A stretch of 64,000 bases of DNA, from contig CP158635.1 of assembly GCA_050273025.1 (NCBI GenBank), positions 1,054,001-1,118,000 on the forward strand, given 5' to 3'. How positions within the stretch are numbered: position 1 is the stretch's first letter; each line of letters opens with the position of its first letter. Origin of the DNA: Cenococcum geophilum (lineage: Eukaryota). The position numbers and the translations under genes were made by a program. Positions 14,342 through 27,600 of the stretch are shown one piece after another. The notes under the pieces were generated by a model. The model was not told the origin of the DNA and ran no database searches. It saw only the letters and a program-made list of their open reading frames with translations.

Positions 14342-17300
14342 TATTAGGTGAAACCTAAGTAGATAGCTATATAGCTGCGAGGTATAGGCGACCCGCAGGC
14401 GACTCGCCTATAAGGCACGTGCGCTGCACATACCTATAGAAACCCCTTACCTCGCACCTCAGACTCCTCCTTCTCCCTTAAGGATTCGTCTCTGTCTATA
14501 CAATATACCTATTGTTCTATCATTGAACTCCCTATCCACATCTTTACCTTATATTCAAATCCTTACCAATCCCTTTAGGAGGATAGCCGGTTTAATTTTC
14601 TATAATCCACAATACCTCCAAAGACAAGATCGACGCCTACACTTAACGGCGACACGCTAGCGACATAACTGCAGAACGCCTCAGGATCTAATACTAGAAG
14701 CACATTAGTAGAATCTACGCGACCTTCCAAATCTCAAGACAATTAGACATTTATAAACGCTAAAGACTAGTTCGACTTATATACCTAGGCTTAATAGGAG
14801 CTTAGTAAGGTTACCAGTGTCCTACCGAATACTACTAACCTAAAGGAGCTAGATAAGCTAGCTAAGAAAATAGCCAACTTACGAAGCATCATCGATTTAA
14901 CCTCCCGTTACCCCTTTAGTAAAGAGTATAAGTTACGCAGCGAACGCATACAACGAACAAATCTCGACGCCCTAGTTAAGAAGTCACTGCCTAACATTAG
15001 TGGCACTACTCAATAGAAGTTTAACTAATGAATTGCCGCAATTAAGAATCGATTTAAGATTAACAACGCTAACTATAACTGCGAGTGATATACGCGCTAG
15101 GCCATTAAAGATCTTATAAAAGAGAAGACAGTCGCCTAACTAGTATATTACCGCCTAGGCGCCAAAGATAAGGGTCCTCTACTATAGGACGAACTTAAGA
15201 CTATAGTCCAAGACCAGATCAAGAACCCTACAGTAAGACGCTTTAAAAATGCTACTGCGTACTATACAACTATAATAAAGGAGAACCAAAAGTTTAACAC
15301 CTTCTTAGCCCGTATGCGTAGCTTAGAGGACCTCTTCTTATACACCCCTTTTATTAACCCTAATCAGCAGGTAGACTTTTAGTTCTTACGTTTCCCAACC
15401 TACCTATAGGCAGAGCTCTTCCGCCAGAACTTCGCTATACGGGTGAAAACCGCTAAGGACCTCTTCGTAGAAATCCACCATGTAGAGCAACTGCTCAACA
15501 CCACAAAGCTCGCGGAAGACCGCGCAGCTAGTAACAGCAGATCCTCGCGCCCGAAGCGCGGTCGTAGCATAGGCTCTATAGGGTCAGGTTTAGAGAACAG
15601 AACCCTAAAAAGGCGACGCTTTCCTAACCAAGCTCCAGGGGAGACTACTTAACAGCTAGATAGCTCAGAGGACCCCCCAAACGCTGGCGATACGCCTGCG
15701 CATCGCAAGAAGAACATAGGCAGTAATTGCAAAGAACACTAGCGGCAAACCGCTATAAATAATGCCTAACTATTAGGTAGCAGGTCCGTCCGTAACCAGG
15801 GTCCTTTAACTAGGGTCCTTTAACCCGCTAGCAACCTACTAGTAGTAACCTATACCGACGACTTATACTAAATAGGTCCGTCTATAACCGGGGTCCTTTA
15901 ACTAGAGTCCTTTAACCCACTAGTAACCTACTAGTAGTAACCTATACCAATAACATATATCGGCAGATAAGTCCGTCCGTAACCAGGGTCCTTTAACTAG
16001 GGTCTATAACCCGCTAGTAACCCGCTAGTAGTAATCTACACTAATAACCTATATATAAGCCTAAAGATTCGGATACCGCATACCCCTAAACACATACCTT
16101 ACGTAGGCGCATCGCGACCTAACGCCAAATAGGGAGAAAGGGAACGCATTATGGTACATATTGCGATAGATACGCCCTAGGGTAAAGTCCGCCTATATGC
16201 TTAATACAACAATAGGTGCCAAATCAACCCTTAATACTATATAAAAGTTGCGGGTTATAGACCTTATAGGCGGTCCTAGTACTACTATACTAACAACCTA
16301 GCGCCGGCGGACTAGAGTATCCTACTATTCTTACTAAGACTTCGACTAACCTATAGCGCTAGACCCTTAGCCCAGGCGACGGTCCCCCGCAACAACCCTA
16401 TAAGTAACCTACGTATTACACGTTACCTCACTAGCACTAGCTTTACGCAGAGCCTCATGCTATAGTAAGTAGTAGTAGTAGCTACCTTAGCCGAAACAGC
16501 CTTTACGGAACACCCCTAAGTCACTAATCCATCCGTAGAGTATAAGGGACGCCTTTACACGCTCCACACGCGACTATCTAGGGGCGAGTTCCTACTAGCA
16601 ACACTTAAGGACTCCTAAGGCATAATAAGGTCTGGCCTTACTAAGGACCTCCGTAAATACCTAGGTACTGCAATACCTGCTAACGCTTAAATCGCACTAC
16701 TATACACCTTATAGTCCGTCCGAGACCGGGGTCCTTTAACCAGGGTCTACGACCCACTAGTAACCTACTAGTAGTAACCTATACCAACGACTTATACTAA
16801 ATAGGTCCGTTTGTAACCAAGGTCCTTTAACTAGGGTCTTTAACCCACTAGTAACCTACTAGTAGTAACCTATACTAACGACTTATATATTATTCTACAC
16901 CTGTCCGTAACTAGGGTCCTTTAACTAGGGTTTATAACCTACTGGTAACCTACTGGTAGTAACCTATATAGACAACTTATACACTATTCTACGCATACGC
17001 TACGCAGATAACGCGTAAGGCTAAAGTATAGGTTAGCGGCGGATTTAACGGGCATATAGCCTTACCGTCCTAAATCTGGCCGTATATAAGTAACCTATAA
17101 CCTACCCACAAAGTATATACGGCGCTACGCCAGTATAGCGTAAGGCTAAAGTAGGGTTAGCGGCGGATCTAACGGGTATATAGCCTTACCGTCCTAAATC
17201 TGGCTGTATACAAATAACCTATAACCTACCCACGAGGTACTAGCGACCTACCCATATAAGCAAACCTTTAGAATATATCTACTAAATTTAGGCAACAGTA

Positions 17301-17822
17301 TTAAGCTACTAGCTCTACCTATTAAATAGACTAATTAGGAATTTCCATACCGGGTACATAAAATCGCTATTAACTCGGTAAAATATAGGGAAGTCTTAGC
17401 AAGCCAAATCTAACCAATTAGACAACTTTGACCGGCGGTTAAAGTTCCTTAACATCTTTACGCCGCGCAAGTGTACTACCTGTCTCTCTATACGCAAAAT
17501 TAGAACGCTCTTTCCCTTCCAATTTTTTCCTTCTAAAGGTTTTTATAGGGTTTTATTAAGGCCTAAGCATATAAAGGATCAGGGACGACCCTTTTTAAAG
17601 GGGGGGGCATTATTAGGTAAAACCTAAGTAGATAGCTATATAGCTGCGAGGTACAGGCGACCCGTAGGCGACTCGCCTATAAGGCACGTGCGCTGCACGT
17701 GCCTATAGAAACCCCTTACCTCGCACCTTAGACTCCTCCTTCTCCCTTAAGGATTCGTCTCTGTCTATACAATATACCTATTATTCTATTATTAGACTCC
17801 CTATCCACATCCTTACCTTATA
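14342..17822 (+). mobile_element. Non-autonomous gag-only LTR element (3481 bp; LTRs 14342-14553, 17611-17822)
   Basis: Paired 212-bp LTRs, TSD TTTAA (14337-14341, 17823-17827), PPT AAAGGGGGGGG. Decayed gag-like frame ~14600-15700 includes ORF 15443-15652. No RT, RNaseH or IN motif seen. Confidence 0.85.
15782..17232 (+). repeat. Internal tandem arrays of the gag-only element
   Basis: ~95-bp unit (GTCCGTAACCAGGGTCCTTTAACTAGGGTC...) x3 at 15782-16055 and x3 at 16713-16985; ~122-bp unit x2 at 17014-17232. Confidence 0.85.
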
Positions 17823-20643
17823 TTTAATAACCTAAAATATTATTTTATAACTACTTAATTTTTATTTACTTTAATCTAGACCTTAAATATATTATTAAAA
17901 TAAACTTATCTAATTATATACTAGGAGGAGTATTATTATAATATAATAAGAACGGTAAGCTACGCCTAGTAACCTTTCTCTTCTAAAAACTTACCCCTAC
18001 TAAATTAAACTATAAGATATATAATAAGGAACTACTTATAATTATTAAATGCTTTAAATAATAGCGCTTAGAACTTAAAGGATTGCTATTCCTAATATAC
18101 ATATTAATAAACTATAAAAACCTATAGTACTTTATAACTATAAAGTAATTAATAGAGCACTAAATTTGTTAGGCTGAATACCTTTTTTAATTTAATTTTA
18201 AGATTATATACTAACCTAGCAAACTTAATTAGAAGCCTGACTTATTAATATAATAATTATAGGACTTACCTATAAATGCCTCTAATAAACAGATTATAAA
18301 TTAATTGCGAATTCTACTACCCCCTAAACGCTTTAAGAAACTATGCCCTATATTTTTAAATATAAAGCTTAATAAAAATTAATTAGAAATTAATAAGTGG
18401 GATATAAAAATTAATAAATTAATAAATTAATAAAGTATAAATATAGGAATAACCTTTAAATAGTAGATATAATAAAAGCGATTTAAATAAAGAAACGGCA
18501 ATATAAGGATATTACACTCGCTAAATGCAAAATCCGCAATAATTAGTTATACTATTAATAAAAGATAGTAATCCCAAATTTTAAACCCTTATAATTTAAG
18601 ATATTTAAATTTATATACAATTCCCCTATAGTAGGGCATCCTAGCTATATAAAAACCTATAAGATTATTTAATAAGTATATTACTAGCCTATAATGTATA
18701 ACTATATATAAAAATACGTTTAAGTATATAGAATGTGCGTATATAGGAAAACCTCTTATATAAAGAAGTAAGGAGTACTTTAACCATTACTAATTCTAAT
18801 ATAAAAATAGCAAGATATCTTAATTAACTTTATAGTTAACCTGCCTAACAGTAATAGGTTTATAAATATTATAGTAGTTATTAACCATTTTATAAAAATA
18901 TAACATATAATTCCTATAGACTTAATTAATATAATATTAGTAGCTAAATATTTTATTAAGTATATCTTTAAGCTATATAGACTTCCTAATTTAATAATAT
19001 CTAACCGTAGAAGCTAGTTCATTTTAGACTTCTAGTAAGCCCTATATAAATAATTAAGTATATAAATATAACTCTTAACTGCATTTTTTCTAGAGATAGA
19101 CGGTTAAACTAAAATTGTAAACGTAATTATAGAATAATACCTATAAATATACTACTCCTATCTATAAGATAACTAGAAAAAGTAGCTACCTTTAGCTAAG
19201 ATTACTGTAAATAATATAAGAAATAAATTAATAGGCGTAACGCTGTTCTACGTAACCTATAAACAAAACCCTTAACTTAGATTTAAACTATAATCTAAAA
19301 TTAATATAATAGGACCTATAATTAAGAGGATTTAACTAATTAACGCGTATAACTTTACTAATTAAATAAAGTAGTTAACGGAACTATTATAAAGTAAATT
19401 AGCGTACGTTTAAATAGTATAAAAATAGTATATAAATAAAGAACAAGCTTCTATATAGGACTTTAAGGAAGGTAATATAGTTTACCTAAATATACGAAAC
19501 CTAAAGACCTAATAACCCTTAAAGAAATTAAACTAAAAGTTTACGGGCCTATATTAAATTAATAAGAAACTAAGCCTATACGCTTATAAGCTTAAACTAT
19601 TAACTAAGATAAAAATATATCTAATATTTTATATAAACTTGCTATAACCGTTAAAAGGTAAACCTTTAACTTATAAAGTGCTGCCGCTACCCCCTATAAT
19701 TGTTAATAACGGTAATAGTTTTTACTTTATTAACTTAATTAATAATATATAATAGAAAATATAATCTAAATAATTTAAACTTTTTATTAAGTAAAAATGA
19801 TATAAAATATAAACCTAGGAAACCTATAACTAGATTAAGGCCAACACGTCTTCCTTAGTAAAAGAATTCTATAAGGATTATTCTTTACGGCCTACTTTAG
19901 CTAGATGGATATAATATAAAAGTAAATAACTGCTACTTAATATAAATATATAAAATACAATAGTAGGAAGCTTAGAATTAAAAAGAATTTAAAATACGTT
20001 ATAATATTTAAAATACGATTATATAATATATAAGATATTAAAGAACTTTAACCGCTAGTTAAAGTTATCTAATTAGTTAGATCTGCCTTGCTAAGACCTA
20101 CTATAAAGATATTAGTTCTACTTACTGCCCTAATTAAGCTAATAGCGATTTTCTATACTGGGTATAGAAAATCCTAATTAGTCTATTTATAATTAGAACC
20201 GGTAAAACTCTATACCGCCACTTAACGCGAAAACATAATACGTAATAAGTTATAAGTCTTAACTAAAATTAAATTATTTAGACCTTTGGCTAAAAGGGGG
20301 GGGTACTATAATAGGACTAGCCTAGTTATAGTAGGAATGTCTTAGTAAAATAGTTGATAGATAAATTTTAACGCTTTAACTAAATTCTGCTAGATTAATT
20401 AAATTTTACTAAAGTTTATTAAAGACCGCGTGCGTATATACGCACGCATTAACCATTAAGCCCCTAACTATTTAATTATATAATTCTCTTGTTATTCCCT
20501 TCTCTTCTTTACGCAACGTCTTGTTCTTAGCGAGAGCTATATACCCTTAGATTTAGATAGAATTAATATTATTTCTTTAATCTTCCTTAAAGTCTCTCCG
20601 CGCCCTTATAGGGGAGGTTTTTTTTTAAATCTAGAAGGCTTTA

Positions 20644-20857
20644 TGTAAGCTTTGCAGTGTATGGGATTAAACGAGCAACTTTATTGTAAATCTATGGACA
20701 TCAAGTAGTATAAATACATGAAAAAGGTGTAGGTAATAAGATGAAAGGGGGTACTAATGCGTAGCTAAAACAGGGTGATACGCAGTCGAGACGGGGTGGT
20801 ACGCTGGTGAGACAGCGTACTGTTTTGGCAGGGTACTGATACCGGTAGTCGGTTACA
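20644..20857. mobile_element. Solo LTR (214 bp), little RIP
   Basis: TGTAAG...GTTACA termini, exact TSD CTTTA (20639-20643, 20858-20862). Both ends are homologous to 4410-4591. Confidence 0.9.
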
Positions 20858-20956
20858 CTTTATTTATTGAAACCAATAAATAAAATAAAATTAGATAAGA
20901 TAATATATTATTTATTTATTCCTTAGTTACTTATTTCTTGCTACCCTAGTATAAAG

Positions 20957-21064
20957 TAAGGGTTTTCCCTAGGTATATACCTTACAGGTAAGTCACCCCT
21001 AGGTTACCACTAGGTCGCCTATATATTGCGGCTATATAGCTATCTACTTAGGTTTTACCTAGTA
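20957..21064 (-). mobile_element. Partial LTR related to the gag-only element LTR
   Basis: Reverse complement TACTAGGTAAAACCTAAGTAGATAGCTATATAGC matches the start of LTR 14342/17611. Confidence 0.7.
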
Positions 21065-21274
21065 ACTAAATATATTCCTTAGGAGTTGGGTCATGTATTT
21101 AAAGGACTATAGTTCCTACTTTAGTTAGTTCTTTCTTTATAGTAAATCTTAGAATATAATTAGAGTTAATTTATTAGGCACTTACTCTACTAGTTAGATC
21201 TTGTTATTACCTTTATCTATATACTTAGCATATTAATAAGTCTACCGTAATATCTACTATAAGGCTTTATTACA
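21065..21274 (+). mobile_element. Partial LTR of Gypsy family A
   Basis: Matches 46075-46283 (...TCTTAGAATATAATTAGAGTTAAT.TATTAGGCA...) and ends in ATTACA. Confidence 0.7.
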
Positions 21275-21941
21275 ATATAGCGGGTTTTCTATAAAGCTTT
21301 ATTTAAATTCTATACTATCTTAGTAAGTAATTAGCAAGTAAGTAGGCGTAATTTTAAGAGCAATAAGTAAGTAATTAGAGGGCTTCTAAATTAGGCAATT
21401 AAGTAAGTAGAGGGATGTTTTACTTACTAGTAAGTCTAGTTCGCGCTAGTAGAGGATACTAAGTCTTATTCTTTTTATAATAAAACTATTAGGTAATTGC
21501 TACCCAAGTATATACTAGAGTAGTAGTTTATATTTATAATAGCGCTAAATAAGCTACCCTTTTTAACTAAATCTATAATGCCTAAAGTCTGCCAATAGGC
21601 GCAGCTAGTATTGTATAGAAATACCTAAAACTAAAACTAAAACGCGGTTTTAGTTTAGTAGCCCCTTATATTAGTTTAATATTAAATGTTTTAATACGTT
21701 TTAGGTCTATATATAAGAATAAAAGGGTAGCTAGGAGTAACTAGTGCTAGGGTGCATTACCTGCTAAATTCTACCAACCCTAACTTCTACCAACTAATTA
21801 GGATTTTCCATTCCCGGGATAGAAAATCGCTATTAGCTCGCTGATTACTAGCGCCTTAGCGACCCTTTATATTTGCGTTAACCCCTAGCGGCCTTCCTCT
21901 TCTTTTTCTCTTTAGCTTAGTATCTTTATATAGTAGCAATC

Positions 21942-22290
21942 TATTACGGGATATCCCTGTAACACCTTATACACGTCTACTTATTTCTACTAACTTAGTA
22001 ACTAAAGACTAACTATAAGACGGCAATCTAATGGCAATCTACTACATTCTGCTATATTCCGCCAGGTTCTACTAAATCCTACTAAGTTCTACTAGGACTA
22101 CTACCTAAACCCTATTCTGCTCTATATATATATTAACTAAGTAACTAAGTAAATAATATATACCCTTTCTTCCTGTTTTCCTACCTTCTTTCCTTATATA
22201 ACGTCTTAATCTTATTATATAGTTTATATATATAGCTTAATAATATCTACCTTACTATATATTATCGCCGCTTATACTTACTTTGTAATA
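21942..22290 (+). mobile_element. Solo LTR (349 bp), RIPed
   Basis: TATTAC...GTAATA termini (RIPed TGTTAC...GTAACA), TSD CAATC/TAATC, TATA-like run followed by a pyrimidine tract. Confidence 0.7.
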
Positions 22291-22352
22291 TAATCTATAA
22301 GCTTTATCTTAAAGGCATTTATATAAGCCCGTTATAGGTTTCTAGGGTAATA

Positions 22353-22576
22353 TATTAGTAATTTAGTTAATTAAGGCATGGATATATTAAGAGAGACGCG
22401 TAAGCCTATATAATTAGATTATTTATAAATGAAGATCTAAAGCTAGAGAAAGGAAAGGAGAAGAATAGTAGCGCTGCTTAAAGTTATATGCGGTCCTTAA
22501 GTTACGTAAGCTTACGTAACCCTACGTCTACTATAGCATCTACTATAATCTACCGTTTTCTACTAGCGCTGTAACA
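22353..22576 (-). mobile_element. Solo LTR related to LTR 5237-5430
   Basis: Reverse complement aligns with 5237-5430; TSD TAATA/CAATA. Confidence 0.8.
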
Positions 22577-24696
22577 CAATAGGTTTAAACCGTGATAATT
22601 AACTTATTACTATTGCCTTACCCTCCTAATACCTTTAATGCCTTATCTATAAAGTAACTATTTGCGAATACGCCATTTAATAGTGCCCTATTTATTGCCT
22701 TTATAATTCAGACCTAGCCCCCTAATAACTCTACTATCTTTAATATCTTTACTTTAAGCCTTACTCTCTCTAGTATAATTATATATTTGGCTCCTGAGAA
22801 CACTTATTCTAGGCTAGCCAATATTAGGGGTATATTAAAGATAGCAATAGCTATTTAGGTAAGGTTAGGGTAAATTAATTATTATATAGGTTCTAACTAC
22901 TAGTTAAGAGGTAATTACACACTAATAGGGATTTGTGCGCCCTATAGATATTAGCTAGAGTAATAAGCGATTATTAGAGATATACCTTAATAAAGTTATT
23001 AAATTTATTAATAGTTGCTGTTAAAATAGTTATCTTAGCAAGAAAGCATGCGGCTGGATTTTTAATTAAGTTAAGATCTACTAATTATACGCTCTCTAGC
23101 TTAAAATAGTCCTTCTATAGGTTTTGGACCTTAGTAATGGTAGGCTTAATCCACTTCTGCTACTCCTTTATTAACTATACCTTCTTAAGACAGGCTTTAC
23201 GTAGTTAAGGGAAGAAGAGCTACTACTGCGTAAACGGGTATATTATTATTAAGCTTGTAGTACTTCTTAAACTTATACTAAGCTACTATTAACCTTACAG
23301 TTATTTAAGCGTTACCCCTAAATTTCTCCTATATTTAGGTAAAGTGGCGGATAAGGAATTCTATATTATTAAAGGTCGTATAAAGTATAGCAGTATACCC
23401 TTCCGTATTCTTTATACAGGCCTTAAAGGCTAAAGAACTTCTCTAATATCTTTAAGCTCTTGCTAATTGTCTCTTATAAGAGTATTATTACTAAGCTCCT
23501 ATTAGTAATCTTCTATCTAAAATATAATATCACAGTGCTGCAATAAAGTAGATTAAATAACTACGTTATAGTATAAAGAGGGGAAGAAGGTGGAAAGGGG
23601 GTATTATATATAAATAGTAGGGCCAGCCGCTAAGTCGCTAGTAGTAGGCTAGCTAATAGTAGGAAATAGTATAAGACAGTATAAAACAGTATACGTTAGG
23701 TTAGTGCCGTAATAGTACTCCTCTTCCCTAAATATTTTAGTCCCTAAATTAAATAAATAACTTAAAAATAGGCAGTATATAGGGTTGCCTATTTTTTACT
23801 ACAAAGATATTAGTTCTGCTTACCGCCCTTAATTAAGCTAATAGCGATTTTCTATGCCGGGCATAGAAAATTCTAATTAGTTAGTTTAGTAAGTAAGGTT
23901 AGTAGAACTTTATACCACTACCTAAATTAATCCACGTAGTATTTCTTAGTAAGAATTTAGCTAATTAGATAACTTTAACCGCCGGTTAAAGTTCTATAAT
24001 ATCTTAACCACCACAAATTTTAATATGGTGGTTAACCGCGACCTTAGCGTAACTTTTCCTTATCTTATACCTAGTCTAAAAGTCTTAGCTTCTTAGGGTA
24101 TTGCTTATAAAAGCACTATATAGCTTATTTATAACCCTTTAGGTCTTCCTCTAGCTGCTAGGTTATATCCTTATAATATTTTTATTTAATCTTATAAGTT
24201 AGGCCCTAGGGGTCTTTATTATATACATTAAGGATTTTTTTAAAACTCCTATTTGTCTCCTATATTGCCGTTATTATCTCTCTTTACTACTTATCCTTAT
24301 ATATTATAACACTCTATAGTATTAATATTTACTTAGCTAGAGATCTCTTTAGCAGCCTAGAGGCGGACCTTAAATATATAAAAGGATTTATTTACTTAAA
24401 TATGGTTTAGGAGGTTTATAATAACTACCCCTTAGTATACTATAAGTACGGGGTACAAGCCGTCCTATTTATTGTCCCATTTCTTCTTAGGTCTATTTAT
24501 CTTTATATTTTCTAAGCTAACTATAACTATATCACCTTTATAGAATAACGCGCTCTTATCCTTATAGGTATTAGTATTATCTTTATAGCGTTACTATAAA
24601 ATCCAGGCTAGGGCCTTAAGCTATATTAATATCCGCTTAAAGCGGTTGGCCATAAAGTCTACGCGGAAGAACTTTTTTTTTTACTTATACTAATAG

Positions 24697-27600
24697 TGTC
24701 GGGAATGAGGCAAGTTGCCGTCGCATGAAGCATATTGCCGTCACGTGTTGACGTGGCCCTAGCGTGGTGAGGAACCTTAAGTTCCTCACCCCTTTCCTTA
24801 TTCCTATTAAAAAGAATTAACCAACATCACTGTAACCCTACTCGAGTAGTCGTTATTGGTAAGTCACCCTATGTTTCCAACACTAATTAGTGGTTAAATA
24901 CATAGTTAACTACAGAGCAGCTAGGTTTTTAAATAGAAGAGACAGTCTCGTGCAGGGGTGCCATATGCGCTCATATGGAATGGATCCTGGCAATACTATA
25001 CTACCTTAAACTTGCGGAAAACTAGTAATAGAAGTGTCACTAAGTACTAGGAGATACTAAGTTGCGTCTATTATATAGAATAACCACGTTTACGAAGATT
25101 TGGTCGAGTACTTTAGGTTAGAAGTATTACTAAACCTACGGTCCCAAAATCAACGTCTAAAACGCGTTAAACAACTACGCATACAAAGATTTGGTCGAGT
25201 ACTTTAGGTTAGAAGTGTTACTAAACCTATAGTTCTAAAGTTAACGTCTAAAACGCGTTAACAACATCTTAATTGCCTACCTTTTGACAGCAAACCTACG
25301 AGATTCTATAAAGCCAAAAACCCTACCTACCTTTGATGTACGACACCCCGTCAATTTTATACCTACTATGGCATTAACCTACCTAAAGAAGTACGAGAAA
25401 AGCATTAACCCGGAGACGTGGGATATAGATATTAACCCTATAAACGCCGAGGAACAGGACCTAAACGGATTCTTAGTATACCGTATAGTATACTATATAG
25501 ATAGCGAATATAACGATACTAAGCTATGGTGTTGTATAAAGGAGGACTTTATTAGATAGATAAAGGAAATATAGGCTCTCGCGAAGAAGGACGTTATATA
25601 AAACTTCTATAACTTCCTTTAGGAGAATAGAGTATTTGTCCCTATAGATGGGGGTGCTATTAGAAATAATATCTAGGAGTAAGTTATTAACGTAAAAGAA
25701 GAGCACGAATGGACTCTATAAGAGGTTAAGCACCAACTATATACTAAGAGGAAGCTTAACTTATAATAGAATCCAAATAATATACTAATAGAGACGCGCT
25801 CTAATTCTATTGCTCCAGGTATAAGTTCTTATATTCCGTATTTATTACTTCTACCTCTATCTCTAGCTCCCTAGGATCCACTAATTTAACTAGTAACGTT
25901 AACTACTACCCCTTAAGAGCAAGCGCAAGATCCCCTTGCTTCGCGATTTAATAACCTTTAAACTCTACTATAGGAAGATTAGGTACTACGCCGTGTTCCA
26001 CTAAGCCCTATATCTCCACTGCAGCCTATAAAGTAATCCCTACTTTAATCTCTAATGCAATTTTAACGTGGTTTAACACTACTTAGAGGCACCTTAAAAA
26101 TGCTTATAGAGCTTACGAAGCTCTATATGGACTAGGAGAAGAAGTTTAGCAGGAAACTATATAATATCCTTAATTCGAAGCTGTGTATCTTCTACGACTG
26201 TTGTTAGAAGGTTAGACTAGAACCTAACTAATATTATAATGCCTATTCCGTTATGCTTAAGGGCCGCGCTAGTACCTTCTATTATAATTATTTGGCAGAA
26301 AAAGGATATAATTTTAACCGAATAATATATAAGATAAGATACCACTTTAAAATAAAAGAGAATAAGTAGCAATATATGTTAGAGTAGAGAGAGACTACCT
26401 TTCTAAAAATCATTGCTACGAACCCAGGTGTCTCTTAGCTTAATTATCTTTAAAAGCTCTTTAATTAACTTTAGATAATTTAGCGTGGTTTATCTAAATT
26501 ATATTAAGAGGACCTTAGCCTATGTGATTAAGTTATTAGCGTATACTGAGGTATTAAAGAATATAATCTTGCTCTCTTTAACCCTATAAGTACTTATAAA
26601 GGAGTATATACTTAATTAAGATCCTCTATTAGCACCGCTCTACGCTCTTAAGAAGTATAGCAATTTAACGCCCAACTCTAACCTACCTTAATCAACCCGG
26701 TTAACCAATATAATTATAACTGGACTAATTAAACATATAGTGGATGTGGTAGGGGATACGGTAAAGGGTATAATTAACGTTAACTATAAGGCAATTATAG
26801 AGGTCCTTATGGAGGTTCACTTTGGAGCGATTATTAGAAGAAGTGCTACGTTTATAAGAAGCCAAATTACTAGTTAACTAGACACCCTTTTAATAGACAA
26901 AAGGAGGCATATAATAGGTTTCGCCAGAGTATACAAAATATCGGAAACTAAGAGGTTACTATAGCCTACTTTTAAAACTTCCTGGTTTAATATAAAGGCG
27001 AAGAAGATCTTAAGGGTGAGGTTAACGAGGCTAAACAGCTCCTTATGGATATAGAAATTAAGGACTACTCTCCCAACTAATACTTCACCAAGTATAGTGA
27101 GGTAAATGGTATATAAACCGTCGCTATCCTTAATAACTAATCTACGCTCCATTCTATTATAAAGTTAGATATCTTTAATAAGCTAAAGGAAAGTTCCGCG
27201 TTCTCCTTTAACGATAGATACTCGGCAAACGTCTTCTATAGCATTATGCCAGATACTAGAGCCGCAGGAGTATCTATAGCAGGAGAGCCTTAAGTTTGAG
27301 CTCTTTAGTAGCTTAATAGCTCTATTTAGATTAACTAATTAACAGTAAGCTAATATACAATTCGCTTTAGCAAGGGTACTATAATCTCTCTTAGCATAAT
27401 TAAGGTCCAAACCCCGTTAGGATATATTACTTTCCATATTATCCCTATAAATACCCCGTTTCTATTCTACATCTAAGATATAGATAAATTAGGTATTAAG
27501 CTTAACAACCTTAAGAATATACTTGTCCAGGGAGATAATTAGGTGCCCGTTATACGCAAGTAGGGTCACCCTTAGTTACTCCTTTAATAGCCAGAAAGGA

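Larger units (their letters stand above)
11174..20610 (+). mobile_element. Full-length RIPed Ty3/Gypsy element (LTRs 11174-11478, 20307-20610) with nested insertion
   Basis: Paired ~305-bp LTRs, gag zinc knuckle ~12490-12535, protease LVDSGA ~12798, RT YIDDILIY ~13971, integrase and chromodomain-like end, PPT 20293-20303. TSD only partly matches (AGTGA/GGGGA). Confidence 0.9.

Noticed and set aside
15782..16985. CRISPR-like array
   Set aside because: Eukaryotic context; contiguous tandem units without unique spacers and no cas genes.
25284..27152. ORFs 25284-25559, 25524-25706, 26874-27152
   Set aside because: A stop-free remnant of Copia gag plus antisense artefacts; not independent genes.
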